A DNA stretch of 64,000 nucleotides from a virus. Its lineage: Duplodnaviria; Caudoviricetes. The translations under genes were made by a program, and so were the position numbers. Below are positions 35,920-45,138 of the stretch, in pieces (within the stretch, counting starts at the first letter, position 1; each line of letters starts with the position of its first letter). The stretch spans positions 1 to 64,000 of IMG/VR virus record IMGVR_UViG_3300033121_001033. One strand, given 5' to 3'. The notes below the pieces were generated by a model. That model was not told the origin of the DNA. It made no database searches and was given only the letters and a program-made list of their open reading frames with translations.

Positions 35920-38900
35920 GGTGCATCTCCTCCAGTTTGATCGTCATCAGGGAATATATAGTCACCCTTCATATTATAACCTACTTCATTAATAGGGCTA
36001 GAGTAATAATTATGATGTCCTCCTTTAATTATTGAAGTACCAGATGAAGGCTTGGCATTAAGAATTAACCAATAAACAGCGGCAGCAAGTGCGTCTGCGC
36101 TATCTTTTTTACCGGAAGGTGAATGTTCTACTTTTCCATCCGGGGTTAACTCTAGATCATACAACTCTTTTTTAAGAACTTCATGTATTGGACATTCTAA
36201 TCTATCTTCATAAATTAGTGACTTTAATGTTATATATGCATCTGGTTTTCTGACAACACTAAAATCTCGTTCTACTTTAAATCCAGCTTTAATTAGTTCT
36301 TGGGCATTAGGAGGACCGGACCATTGATCCAGGCTAACCGATTTAATCGGAATTCCGTCATCACGTAATTTAGCAATTAATTCTCTAACTGCTCTATGAT
36401 CTACTTCAGTTCCTTTACCAGCAGGTGGTACTATTTGTAATATAGCATCAACATGAATATAAGGTGCCTCTACTAAACTTTTAGCACCGTCTGTTCCACT
36501 ATGTCGTATTACTTCTCCATCAGCTGCTCTATGCGCAATTACAAATCCTGTATCACACATATTTTTACTTAAATCTAGCGCGACGTGACGATTAGCATTA
36601 GGACAACAAGTCATTATTAAATTTCCCTTTGCGTCCTTAGTTGAAATGTCATTCCATTTAACATTTATTCTAGTACCTGTGGCCCAACTATCTCTATCGA
36701 ACAAAGAAGGTTTATCTTTAAATACTCTATCAATCGCTAATCTATCTGATAAGAAAGCACTAGCAGAGTCAATTGAGACTCCTCCTATATCTCTTAAACT
36801 ATTATGCACTATGACTCCATCACCTAAAGCAAAGTTATGATAGTTATCTACAGTAATATCGTAAACATCAGCTATTCCATTTGATTCAATTTTGAAAATT
36901 GAAGTTGGCTGATTAGTAACTAATCTTCTTCTGACTTTAAGTTTATCTATAGATTTAAGATTTCTAGCCTCTTTGTATTCTCCACTTTCTAACATAAATA
37001 AATGATTTGGGGTACAATTATAAACGGCACCATTATCTAATGTTATTTTAATAATCTCGGCATTTTTTTTAGTTAATCTAGCAGAATGGCCGTTGCCCTT
37101 TGTGAAATTTCCATTAGAATCACAAGAGTAGACAAAAAATTGATTTTTTCCCACTAGATCTTGAATATTAGAATATGAACCATCATACATTTGTATTTGC
37201 GTATCACCGGTAAAACAACCAACAGAGTCTTTTTCAAACTCGGGTAAGAACTCTTCTGGAAATTTAATAACATTCCATCCGTCTGGTGCTTTTTCTTGAT
37301 CGTTTTTAAGAATTAAAGGGCTGGATCCTTTATCGGAATATGCAATTCTATACCATTTTTGTTTTGAAAATCTAAAAGGTTTGGTATCCCATGTAGCATA
37401 ATCACGTACGAATACTGAATCATCTTTTGCTTCAATTGATTCTCTTATTCTTCTTTCAGTAAAGTCATTACTATTCTTTTTAGAACTAACTAGAAATAAC
37501 TTCCCACGTCCTTTAAAGGTACCTTTAATACGACGGGCCAACGAGTTATAAACCTGTTGGGCTTTATCATATCCGTCGCCAGATGCTGATTTTTCTGAGT
37601 TAACTTTTACTGATCCTAAAAAGTTTAATTCATCTCCGATTGCTGCGAAAACGTTAGTTCCCAGAAGATCTTTGTCAGAGCTAGCCGCTCCAATTACGTG
37701 AATACTTTTACCAGGGAATCTAATTTCATCTTTGGTTTCTTCATATCTTTCTTTAAAGAAAGGCGACTGCATTAACATATTTTTAAGTTTTGCAAATAAT
37801 ACTTTTTTGGCAGCTTCTTTAGTATGAGAAAACATTACTATTTCTACAGGTTCGCCAGCGCCTTGAGCGTTTGATCGTGAAGGGTCTGCTAAACAGTATA
37901 GTTCATATATAACTCTTAATATTCCTGCGCAGGCTGAGTACGATTTTCCGCTGCGTGTGCTGCCGCTATTTCTGCTAAATACTCCTGATCTAAGGACTTG
38001 CAACTTATTTTCCTCATAAAGTGGTATGCCAGGAGTGACGATAGCGAAGTTAGAAGTTTCAGGAACTGTTAGACAATAGACATCACCTTTACCTACTTTC
38101 TCAACTGAGACAACGTAATGATTATTATTATATTTGCTAACATCAGTCCAATGTAAATCTTGATGATCTTTCCAGGTGAGAAATTGAAGGTTTTCTGGTG
38201 TATTATTTTCTTTAAGAAAATTAACATGATGAATAATAGACGCAGATTTTTCTCTAACAGTATTGATATGATTATGTGCAACCATTCTATGAGTAAATTC
38301 CCACCTACCTGTATTTGGTTGTTGAATCATTTCATAATCTGCAATTGAATCTCTAGATTTCTCAGATTTTCGAGTATTGAAAGGCATTAAACTATCACCT
38401 TTTTTCATATCGGAAACTCTGAGTCTTGAGCCATCACGCGCCATCATCTCATGTTTACTATTCGCAATGAAATAGCTACCATTATCTAAAGTGACTTTAT
38501 AATAATCATCTACACCTGTTGGTCTAGGAGCTACAGCTTGTGCAGGTATTATTTCTCCATCTCTCATACTGTAAACCCAGAATGGTTCTCTGTCTTTATT
38601 CCACTTCTCTGAAAGTTCTTTCAAAGTTGGGGTTGTTCCGTCCAATAAAGGAACTCTTGTGTCCGGGTGTAAACATAAAATTATCTCAGAGTAGTTATTA
38701 TTAAAAATCTCAGCTAGATCTTTTTTAAACACAGGGTAAATATCTTTGGCAGTTTGTCCTAGAAAGTATTCTGAGTTTAGCCAATCCTCAATTGGGACTG
38801 GTGGACCTGTATTTGGATCCCATTGAACTGTATCTATATTTTCAAAAATTTGATTACTATTTGTTTTTAGTAATTCATTAAAAGCTTCTAATTCATGTGG

Positions 38901-38993
38901 CTTAAGATCTCTGACTAAATCGTTGAATCTTTTATGTTTTTCAATTTCATTTTTGTAACTAAACCAACGACCGTCACGCTTTTCAATAGGCAT
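35901..38993 (-). CDS. terL: Terminase large subunit with two inteins
   Basis: Spliced product about 655 aa: IIL|SGSTRSGKS Walker A, AAIGDELNF Walker B, HVALDLS nuclease, SLDQW, KKDSADALAA. Confidence 0.9.
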   Translation of the reverse strand: MPIEKRDGRWFSYKNEIEKHKRFNDLVRDLKPHELEAFNELLKTNSNQIFENIDTVQWDPNTGPPVPIEDWLNSEYFLGQTAKDIYPVFKKDLAEIFNNNYSEIILCLHPDTRVPLLDGTTPTLKELSEKWNKDREPFWVYSMRDGEIIPAQAVAPRPTGVDDYYKVTLDNGSYFIANSKHEMMARDGSRLRVSDMKKGDSLMPFNTRKSEKSRDSIADYEMIQQPNTGRWEFTHRMVAHNHINTVREKSASIIHHVNFLKENNTPENLQFLTWKDHQDLHWTDVSKYNNNHYVVSVEKVGKGDVYCLTVPETSNFAIVTPGIPLYEENKLQVLRSGVFSRNSGSTRSGKSYSACAGILRVIYELYCLADPSRSNAQGAGEPVEIVMFSHTKEAAKKVLFAKLKNMLMQSPFFKERYEETKDEIRFPGKSIHVIGAASSDKDLLGTNVFAAIGDELNFLGSVKVNSEKSASGDGYDKAQQVYNSLARRIKGTFKGRGKLFLVSSKKNSNDFTERRIRESIEAKDDSVFVRDYATWDTKPFRFSKQKWYRIAYSDKGSSPLILKNDQEKAPDGWNVIKFPEEFLPEFEKDSVGCFTGDTQIQMYDGSYSNIQDLVGKNQFFVYSCDSNGNFTKGNGHSARLTKKNAEIIKITLDNGAVYNCTPNHLFMLESGEYKEARNLKSIDKLKVRRRLVTNQPTSIFKIESNGIADVYDITVDNYHNFALGDGVIVHNSLRDIGGVSIDSASAFLSDRLAIDRVFKDKPSLFDRDSWATGTRINVKWNDISTKDAKGNLIMTCCPNANRHVALDLSKNMCDTGFVIAHRAADGEVIRHSGTDGAKSLVEAPYIHVDAILQIVPPAGKGTEVDHRAVRELIAKLRDDGIPIKSVSLDQWSGPPNAQELIKAGFKVERDFSVVRKPDAYITLKSLIYEDRLECPIHEVLKKELYDLELTPDGKVEHSPSGKKDSADALAAAVYWLILNAKPSSGTSIIKGGHHNYYSSPINEVGYNMKGDYIFPDDDQTGGDAPLFIVL
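36801..37217 (-). mobile_element. Intein 2 (139 aa mini-intein)
   Basis: CFTGDTQI ... CTPNHLF ... VYDITVDNYHNFAL..GVIVHN, Ser+1; no room for an endonuclease. Confidence 0.92.
37968..38675 (-). mobile_element. Intein 1 (236 aa) carrying an HNH-type endonuclease domain
   Basis: CLHPDTRV ... ANSKHEMM ... FTHRMVA...IIHHVNFLKENNTPENLQFLTWKDHQDLH ... VYCLTV ... GVFSRN, Ser+1. Confidence 0.88.
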
Positions 38994-39091
38994 TTTTTCC
39001 TCAATTTAACTCATGATGCTATTGAGTTATGTACTTTTAGAGTATCAACTGCTATTAGCTCGCGCAATAGCAACGTAATAAGGAGAAATGA

Positions 39092-40138
39092 ATGAACGAG
39101 TTAAGTGATGCAGAAGAACTACTTAGAAAGGAAATAAGTAAATTAAAAGGACAGATAACACGTCATAAAAGCGTTGAACAAATAATAAAAGCTGCTGTAT
39201 TCGATGCGATGGGCGATAGAAAAAATATTGAAATACCTCAAACTCCAAGATTAGACCGAAGAGTAATGGATAGTGAAGTTGCTGTATTGCACTATTCTGA
39301 TTCACAAATTGGTAAAACAACTGATTCATATAATACACAAATCGCTGCTGATCGTCTTAACACCTTAGTTGACAAGACTTTACAAATAACTAATGTTCGT
39401 CGTAATTCAGCTAAAATAGAAGAGATTCACCTTTATTTAGGTGGTGACATTGTTGAAGGTGATCAAATTTTCGCAGGTCAGGCGCACGAGATTGATTCAA
39501 ATGTATTCCAACAAGCTGTAACTAATGGTTCAGAGATGATTACAAGTGCTGTACTTAAGCTTCTTGAGAATTTTAGAAAAGTTAAGGTAGTTGGTGTGCC
39601 GGGAAATCATGGAAGAAATGGAAAATATGGTGGTGATTCACATGCCGATACAAATTGGGACTCAGTTTGTTATTCTATAGTTCACAGAAATTTACTTGGT
39701 TCCACAACACATCCTCGTCGTGAATTTGCCGGGAGATTAGAATTTCCAGGAAAATTTGATTGGTTCTATATTGATCGAATTTATAATTGGGGTAATTTGA
39801 TTGTTCACGGAGATCAAATAACTGGAGGAGGCGGTGGCTTTCCACTAGCCTCGATTAGAAATCGGGCACTAGGCTGGATTGATAGCATGACAAGCCCCTG
39901 GGATTACTTATACTTAGGTCACTTTCATACTTATACAAGTTTTATGTTAAATCACAGATTCGTATTAGCTAATGGAACTACAGAAAGTGGAAATGATTTC
40001 GCTAAAAAGAATCTTGGAGCTACTGGTTGGCCGGTTCAACGCCTTGCTTTCTATAATGAGAAACACGGATTAATCTCAGATAATCCAGTCTACTTAGAGA
40101 ATCGAACCTCAAATATGGATCGCGCTAAACAGTTTTAA
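39092..40138 (+). CDS. Calcineurin-like metallophosphoesterase with N-terminal coiled coil
   Basis: SDSQIG, GGDIVEG, VPGNHGR, IVHGD, YLGHFH. Confidence 0.85.
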   Translation: MNELSDAEELLRKEISKLKGQITRHKSVEQIIKAAVFDAMGDRKNIEIPQTPRLDRRVMDSEVAVLHYSDSQIGKTTDSYNTQIAADRLNTLVDKTLQITNVRRNSAKIEEIHLYLGGDIVEGDQIFAGQAHEIDSNVFQQAVTNGSEMITSAVLKLLENFRKVKVVGVPGNHGRNGKYGGDSHADTNWDSVCYSIVHRNLLGSTTHPRREFAGRLEFPGKFDWFYIDRIYNWGNLIVHGDQITGGGGGFPLASIRNRALGWIDSMTSPWDYLYLGHFHTYTSFMLNHRFVLANGTTESGNDFAKKNLGATGWPVQRLAFYNEKHGLISDNPVYLENRTSNMDRAKQF

Positions 40139-40559
40139 TCTTGAGTCGATGTTGTAATTTATTAATATAAGCTAGTAACAAACCAAGCTCGGCAGCACAT
40201 CTATTTGGTTCTATATAGAGTGCGCCGGGCTTTTTTGTTTCTACTAACTTTTTATCAACCTCTAAAAGACCCCACTCATCTGGAAGTTCTTCTATAGGAA
40301 TAATTCCTTTAGGTGCTAAATAATACCTAATTTGACCCATTCCGGCGTCTAGAGAACGGAACCATTTATCTTTATCTTTTCTAAAATCTTGCCGCGACGC
40401 TTTGCATTCAATAAGTATAGATGTTCTGGCGCCTTTAAATCCGATTATATCAGGAATTTCTGTAGAAATAGAAGCGCCACGTTCACTAATTATAACGTGG
40501 CACTTTTGAACTTTTTTCAAATAACTTTTACCGATTTTTATTAGGTCTTTATGAGTCAT
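40125..40559 (-). CDS. MmcB-like PD-(D/E)XK protein
   Basis: EIPDIIGF...SILIECKASRQDFRKD...RYYLAP...ELPDEWGLLEV. Confidence 0.7.
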   Translation of the reverse strand: MTHKDLIKIGKSYLKKVQKCHVIISERGASISTEIPDIIGFKGARTSILIECKASRQDFRKDKDKWFRSLDAGMGQIRYYLAPKGIIPIEELPDEWGLLEVDKKLVETKKPGALYIEPNRCAAELGLLLAYINKLQHRLKIKTV

Positions 40560-40785
40560 CCCTTTGTATATTTCTGACCTTGAGTCTTTCTAATGTGGCT
40601 AATAAGTTAGGATTAGTTGTATTAGAAAGTTTCTTAATTATATTCTCTCTTAATTTGCCAGATCGGCCATTTCTTTCTGCATTGTTAAGATTCTCTTCTG
40701 CAATTTTAAATTCACCGCAGCGCCAGAATCCTTCGCTGTTATATATCCAACCGCACTCTTCTAATATTATTCGGATGCTATTCAT
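40549..40785 (-). CDS. Hypothetical protein
   Basis: 78-aa coupled ORF. Confidence 0.45.
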   Translation of the reverse strand: MNSIRIILEECGWIYNSEGFWRCGEFKIAEENLNNAERNGRSGKLRENIIKKLSNTTNPNLLATLERLKVRNIQRDDS

Positions 40786-40922
40786 TTTTTATCACGATTT
40801 ATTTTTTTGGAGGCTTTAATATCTTTCTCAAGAGCCTTTGCTGAGTTAGTACATGCTTTGGCTGTTGAAACACATTTTTTATGAGCGGCATTGAGTGCGT
40901 TTTGTAATTCTTCTTGACTCAT
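40782..40922 (-). CDS. Small unlisted ORF (46 aa, helical)
   Basis: Hand translation MSQEELQNALNAAHKKCVSTAKACTNSAKALEKDIKASKKINRDKK; GGAGG RBS. Confidence 0.5.
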   Translation of the reverse strand: MSQEELQNALNAAHKKCVSTAKACTNSAKALEKDIKASKKINRDKK

Positions 40923-40930
40923 AAGACCTC

Positions 40931-41212
40931 CTATTTATTGATGTCTTTACGTACTGCTTCTAAAGCTTTAGTCGATTCGCTAAGAGCTTCAGTTACACTT
41001 TCAACTAATTTAAGTTCACCTTTGTATACTTCTTCTAATTTTGCTCTAAAATCCTCTTCGATCTGACGTAATTTTTCATCGCATCGTTTATCATCTTCTC
41101 TGTGTTGATCGATGACTTTTAAATGATGTTTTGCAAAGAGATATAATATAATTAATGACAAGGCCGGAATTCCACCGTGTAATACTAGTTGTAATAATTC
41201 AACTGATGGCAT
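40931..41212 (-). CDS. Single-TM plus coiled-coil membrane protein, possibly BhlA/UviB-type holin-like
   Basis: Start MPSVELL with GGAGGA RBS; GGIPALSLIILYLF TM segment followed by a charged coiled coil. Confidence 0.45.
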   Translation of the reverse strand: MPSVELLQLVLHGGIPALSLIILYLFAKHHLKVIDQHREDDKRCDEKLRQIEEDFRAKLEEVYKGELKLVESVTEALSESTKALEAVRKDINK

Positions 41213-41282
41213 GTATTCCTCCTTTAGTTCTATGTTATCATAGAAACCAAAGGAGGACAAGTAAAATAAGGTTATATTAGAA

Positions 41283-41726
41283 TTATCTGTTATCACCGTC
41301 ACCGTGTAAAACGTTTCTAACTTGTCTTGATTTTAACTTTTCTACATTACTTTGAGCAACCTCCTCAAGTGTTAATCCTAGTGATCTGGCTTGCTGAGCA
41401 ACGTACCAGAGAATATCTGCACATTCTGCCTTTAGCGCATCTTTTAATTCTTGATTTGGTTCTGGGAGAACATCACAAGGAATCTGGGCCTTTCTAACTT
41501 GTTTCTTTAGTACTTCTGCTTGTCTTCCTAAAGTCTCAATTTCAGTTGCTAACGTGTGATATTTAGCTGCAATCTCACCTGTAAGATGATCTTTAGCAAA
41601 GGAGAATACCTTTGCTAAAAATTCTGAAGCTTCTCCTACTCCGCCAAGTGAGGTATAAACTAGTCCTGCGTGTTTTGGATATAATGCAACAGAATCTGTA
41701 AAATCTTGATATTCGTTTAAATTCAT
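41283..41726 (-). CDS. MazG-like nucleotide pyrophosphohydrolase
   Basis: LGGVGEASE...KAECADILWYVAQ...LTLEEVAQSNVEKLKSR. Confidence 0.85.
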   Translation of the reverse strand: MNLNEYQDFTDSVALYPKHAGLVYTSLGGVGEASEFLAKVFSFAKDHLTGEIAAKYHTLATEIETLGRQAEVLKKQVRKAQIPCDVLPEPNQELKDALKAECADILWYVAQQARSLGLTLEEVAQSNVEKLKSRQVRNVLHGDGDNR

Positions 41727-41953
41727 TCTGACTCTTCCTGTTCTTCCTGTTCTTCCTTTTTAATTGGGTTTGTTATACCCTTAAGTTCAATATTATATTC
41801 TTTAGCGGCAGCAATAATATTATCTATTGATTCTAATTTAAACTCTTCGGTAAGTCCGGGATCATTAAAAACTTTATATATTAAATTAATAAGACCTTCA
41901 CTAGACCAGAGTTCTTTACTTGTTCTGTCCGCCATTTTGTAAGGTTTTGCCAT
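41723..41953 (-). CDS. Hypothetical protein
   Basis: 76-aa ORF. Confidence 0.45.
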   Translation of the reverse strand: MAKPYKMADRTSKELWSSEGLINLIYKVFNDPGLTEEFKLESIDNIIAAAKEYNIELKGITNPIKKEEQEEQEESE

Positions 41954-42470
41954 TTATTCTCCTGCGTTTAGTCCATTCATCATACTTTATACGATCAGAA
42001 CGGGAAGCATGGTCAATAAAAAGCACACCTTTTAGATGATCAATCTCGTGCAAAAGTATTCTGGCAAAAATTCCTTCAAAAGTATCATGAAAGTGTCTTC
42101 CAGTTTCATCCTGCCATTTTAATTCTAAATTAGACTGACGTTTGATATCTAAAAATAATCCTGGTGCTGATATACAACCCTCAGATTCTTTAATTTTATT
42201 TCCATACTGTTTTACTATAATAGGATTAATAAAAAATACAGGTTTAACTTCTTCCAGAAGTTTATTGACTATGATTGCTAATGCATTAACATGCCAACCA
42301 GCCTGTGGAGCAGCTATTGCAACTCCATCATTTTTAGCAAGATTTGCCAATTCATTGAGTTTATTTAGTAACTCAACACTATTAAACTCTGTGGTTTGAA
42401 TATCAATGTTTGGATTTCTAAGTGTGTTAGGTTCGTCAAATAGTTGAATTTTCATAACTAATAAGCTCAT
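41916..42470 (-). CDS. def: Peptide deformylase
   Basis: GVAIAAPQ, EGCIS, HEIDHLKGVLFID. Confidence 0.9.
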   Translation of the reverse strand: MSLLVMKIQLFDEPNTLRNPNIDIQTTEFNSVELLNKLNELANLAKNDGVAIAAPQAGWHVNALAIIVNKLLEEVKPVFFINPIIVKQYGNKIKESEGCISAPGLFLDIKRQSNLELKWQDETGRHFHDTFEGIFARILLHEIDHLKGVLFIDHASRSDRIKYDEWTKRRRINGKTLQNGGQNK

Positions 42471-43008
42471 TATAAAATAAATACTTTGTATTCGTTGTGT
42501 CTAATAAATGAAATTTAGCTGCCGCTATTTCTTCAGGTGTAATATCAAAATTAACACCCGGCCAACCATCATCATCAAATTCGGGATCGTAACTAAATAG
42601 TTCTTTAGATTCAAGTCTTAGAAGAACATGATCTGCGTGTTTTATAATCTTCTTATCTTCTTCAAATAAGATAGGAATATTAAATCGTTCAAAAATAACA
42701 TCTTCTAATTTATTTTCCAATTCTTTAAATCCACTAAGTTGTGGTTTAACAGGGCTTGGAACATCTGGTAAATAAGCTTCGGCAGCGTCATGCAAAAGAG
42801 CAGGTAAATATAGATCTGGTGCTACTAACCGAACAACAGAAGCAACCCGTAAAGAATGATGTGCTACACTGTAAAAAGTATTACAGTGACCCTGCCATCT
42901 TACTTTAAGACTTAAAGCATGGGCAATATCTATAGGATCTATGTCTTCAATTGTTGCATTAAATACGTCAATCTTTTTTCCCGAAAAAGTTCTAATATAA
43001 CTACTCAT
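42436..43008 (-). CDS. HD-domain 5'-deoxynucleotidase (YfbR-like)
   Basis: DIAHALS..VRWQGH..FYSVAHHS...LLHDAAEAYL.D. Confidence 0.85.
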   Translation of the reverse strand: MSSYIRTFSGKKIDVFNATIEDIDPIDIAHALSLKVRWQGHCNTFYSVAHHSLRVASVVRLVAPDLYLPALLHDAAEAYLPDVPSPVKPQLSGFKELENKLEDVIFERFNIPILFEEDKKIIKHADHVLLRLESKELFSYDPEFDDDGWPGVNFDITPEEIAAAKFHLLDTTNTKYLFYNELISYENSTI

Positions 43009-43282
43009 TGTTCACATCATCTTCATCTTTGTCATCGTTTTGATTTGACAGATTATCAATCAATTTTTGTTCGTGATCTTCCAATCGAAGAACTCTTTCT
43101 GGTTTAATTCTATAGTAACTTCCATCTTTCAACTGAACTATTAAATACTGCGACCACATGCCACTTTTATGTTCGTTTGTATTGAACAGCAGAGAAATTT
43201 TTGTATCTTCTAACTCTGGAACATTTTTGATATAGAATTGTAATGATTGAATTAGGTGTCCGATAAATGTCTGTTTAGTCAC
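43001..43282 (-). CDS. Hypothetical protein
   Basis: 93-aa coupled ORF. Confidence 0.45.
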   Translation of the reverse strand: MTKQTFIGHLIQSLQFYIKNVPELEDTKISLLFNTNEHKSGMWSQYLIVQLKDGSYYRIKPERVLRLEDHEQKLIDNLSNQNDDKDEDDVNNE

Positions 43283-43745
43283 TTAAAGTTAATGACTCCT
43301 TCATAAATTTTATTAAGTCTTCTACCGTGTCACATTCGCCTTTTTGAGGGGCAAACTTTCTACTGTTGAAAGACCACCTAATCGAACCTGTGGTTGCGTG
43401 TGTTAGCATCCCATTTTTAATAGATGACTTTTTATTATAATTTATTAGTATGATTGAAAAAATATCTCCAGTTTCTAATGTAAAATATAATTGTATGGTA
43501 CCATTTAAATTATAGCCGATTGTCGGTGCTGGAAGATAACTTAATTCTTTTTTTATTAAATTTTTAACGTTTTCTGCCTCGATAATACCAGTAACTAACT
43601 GTTTAATGTCTCCTGGTAAAGATGCAAGTCTAACATATTTTTCTAAATTATCCGTATCTTTAAAAGATACTAAGAGGTCGTTAGGTGCATCTAGTCTTTT
43701 AGAGACTAAACAGTCAACATTTAGAGATTCTATTTCAGTTGTCAT
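43275..43745 (-). CDS. Hypothetical protein
   Basis: 156-aa coupled ORF. Confidence 0.45.
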   Translation of the reverse strand: MTTEIESLNVDCLVSKRLDAPNDLLVSFKDTDNLEKYVRLASLPGDIKQLVTGIIEAENVKNLIKKELSYLPAPTIGYNLNGTIQLYFTLETGDIFSIILINYNKKSSIKNGMLTHATTGSIRWSFNSRKFAPQKGECDTVEDLIKFMKESLTLSD

Positions 43746-43905
43746 AATTATCTTCTAGTTCGTCTGCATCACAAAAATCACAATTCCAGCAATTTCTTGG
43801 ATACTTAAGTTTCTTTTTTGGTAATTTTCCATATAAATCTAATGCGCACTCACGACAGATTGGATCTCCATCATGTTTAGTATCTGTATAACACTTCTTA
43901 TTCAT
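43735..43905 (-). CDS. Small unlisted Cys-rich ORF (56 aa)
   Basis: Hand translation MNKKCYTDTKHDGDPICRECALDLYGK...NCWNCDFCD; GGAG RBS. Confidence 0.5.
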   Translation of the reverse strand: MNKKCYTDTKHDGDPICRECALDLYGKLPKKKLKYPRNCWNCDFCDADELEDNYDN

Positions 43906-43913
43906 TATTACTC

Positions 43914-44714
43914 CTATGGAATAAAAGGACTATTAGTAAATCTTTCGATATCATAGGATATTTTTAATCCTGTGCCAGTCCAAAAATCTGCAAATTTGTG
44001 TCTAAAATTATTAAACGGTTGACCAGCATTTTTAAGTGTACAACTCGATAGATTTTGGTGTTCTCGTAGCAAGGGAATTATAGTCGAATAAAAAGAAGTA
44101 TTACCCGAAGACTCGCAAGGAGTAGTAGCGAAACCATCCGGGGCATTAGTTATAATAGTTCCTTTAAATTCTTTAGGTATCACAGCTAAAGCAGATCCTG
44201 CTTGGCAACATCCTATTAGTACACAAGTTTCGTTAGTGTTTAATAGTGATATTAATTCAAGTACTTCTTTATATTTAATCTTAGTGCCAGAAAGGCAGGT
44301 ACTATTATTAAATAGGTATCTAAAAGGAATGAATGCTTTTGATTCTCCTTCCCCGATAAAGCATATTAGTAATCTATTAATTTTTGGTTTATGCGATATT
44401 TGCGTTAATGTTTTAATTAATTCATCATTAGATGAAACTTGAAAAATATTATAATTATTTAGACATTCTTTAATATCCTCCACATCTTTGTCTAAATATT
44501 GATCAACAATATATGTATCTTCTGGAGGATATGTAACATCTGAATAAGCGTATGATTTATTATCTAATCCCTTAAATGTAATTGTTTTAACAATAATAAG
44601 AACGTCTTCAGAATTATAATTCTGAGAGTCTATGTAATGAAATGTTTGAAATTTCATTTCTTCATTAATGGCGCAACCTGTTAATAACATTAATAATAGA
44701 ATTATTTTATACAT
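43914..44714 (-). CDS. Lipoprotein with caspase/legumain (clan CD)-like fold
   Basis: Lipobox LTGC; LLICFIGEG resembles xFxGHG; VLIGCCQAG resembles xDxCxSG. Confidence 0.45.
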   Translation of the reverse strand: MYKIILLLMLLTGCAINEEMKFQTFHYIDSQNYNSEDVLIIVKTITFKGLDNKSYAYSDVTYPPEDTYIVDQYLDKDVEDIKECLNNYNIFQVSSNDELIKTLTQISHKPKINRLLICFIGEGESKAFIPFRYLFNNSTCLSGTKIKYKEVLELISLLNTNETCVLIGCCQAGSALAVIPKEFKGTIITNAPDGFATTPCESSGNTSFYSTIIPLLREHQNLSSCTLKNAGQPFNNFRHKFADFWTGTGLKISYDIERFTNSPFIP

Positions 44715-44811
44715 TTAACAAATTCCTTTAATTTTAGTACAGAAAATATAACTGAAGAGTATTCAAAATTAATTCTTTATATTAACTATTTACCATATTT
44801 GATATATTTGA

Positions 44812-45138
44812 TTATGCACCGCTCGATATAAGATCTATAATTATTTTTTCAATAGTATTAAATAAATTAGGATCAGAAAATGATAATTTTGTACTAATTT
44901 TATTTGTATATTCTATATTTTTTGTATAAATAGTTACATAATTAGATTCTATAGAATAAAAATCAAATTCAATTGCGCGATCATTATAATTGAACCCCGA
45001 TATTTTATTTTTATGAATAAAATAGAAAAAAGGAGTCGTATCAGTGGGTCCACGGAAAAACTCGTGGAATGAATAATTATCATCAAAATACTTTTTACAA
45101 ATATCTTTACATTTATTAATAACTATGTCTCTAAGCAT
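44812..45138 (-). CDS. DP-motif small paralog family member
   Basis: C-terminal LSFSDPNLFNTIEKII. Confidence 0.6.
   Translation of the reverse strand: MLRDIVINKCKDICKKYFDDNYSFHEFFRGPTDTTPFFYFIHKNKISGFNYNDRAIEFDFYSIESNYVTIYTKNIEYTNKISTKLSFSDPNLFNTIEKIIIDLISSGA

Noticed and set aside
39001-39091. Third copy of the conserved leader, or a small RNA, before the phosphoesterase
   Set aside because: It has hairpins (TGCTATT/AATAGCA) but not the GGCTAC...AAAAGCTAA sequence; too little evidence.
41283-43008. Z-genome (purZ/mazZ/datZ) cluster
   Set aside because: No adenylosuccinate-synthetase-like purZ in the window; the MazG-like and HD proteins are generic phage types.
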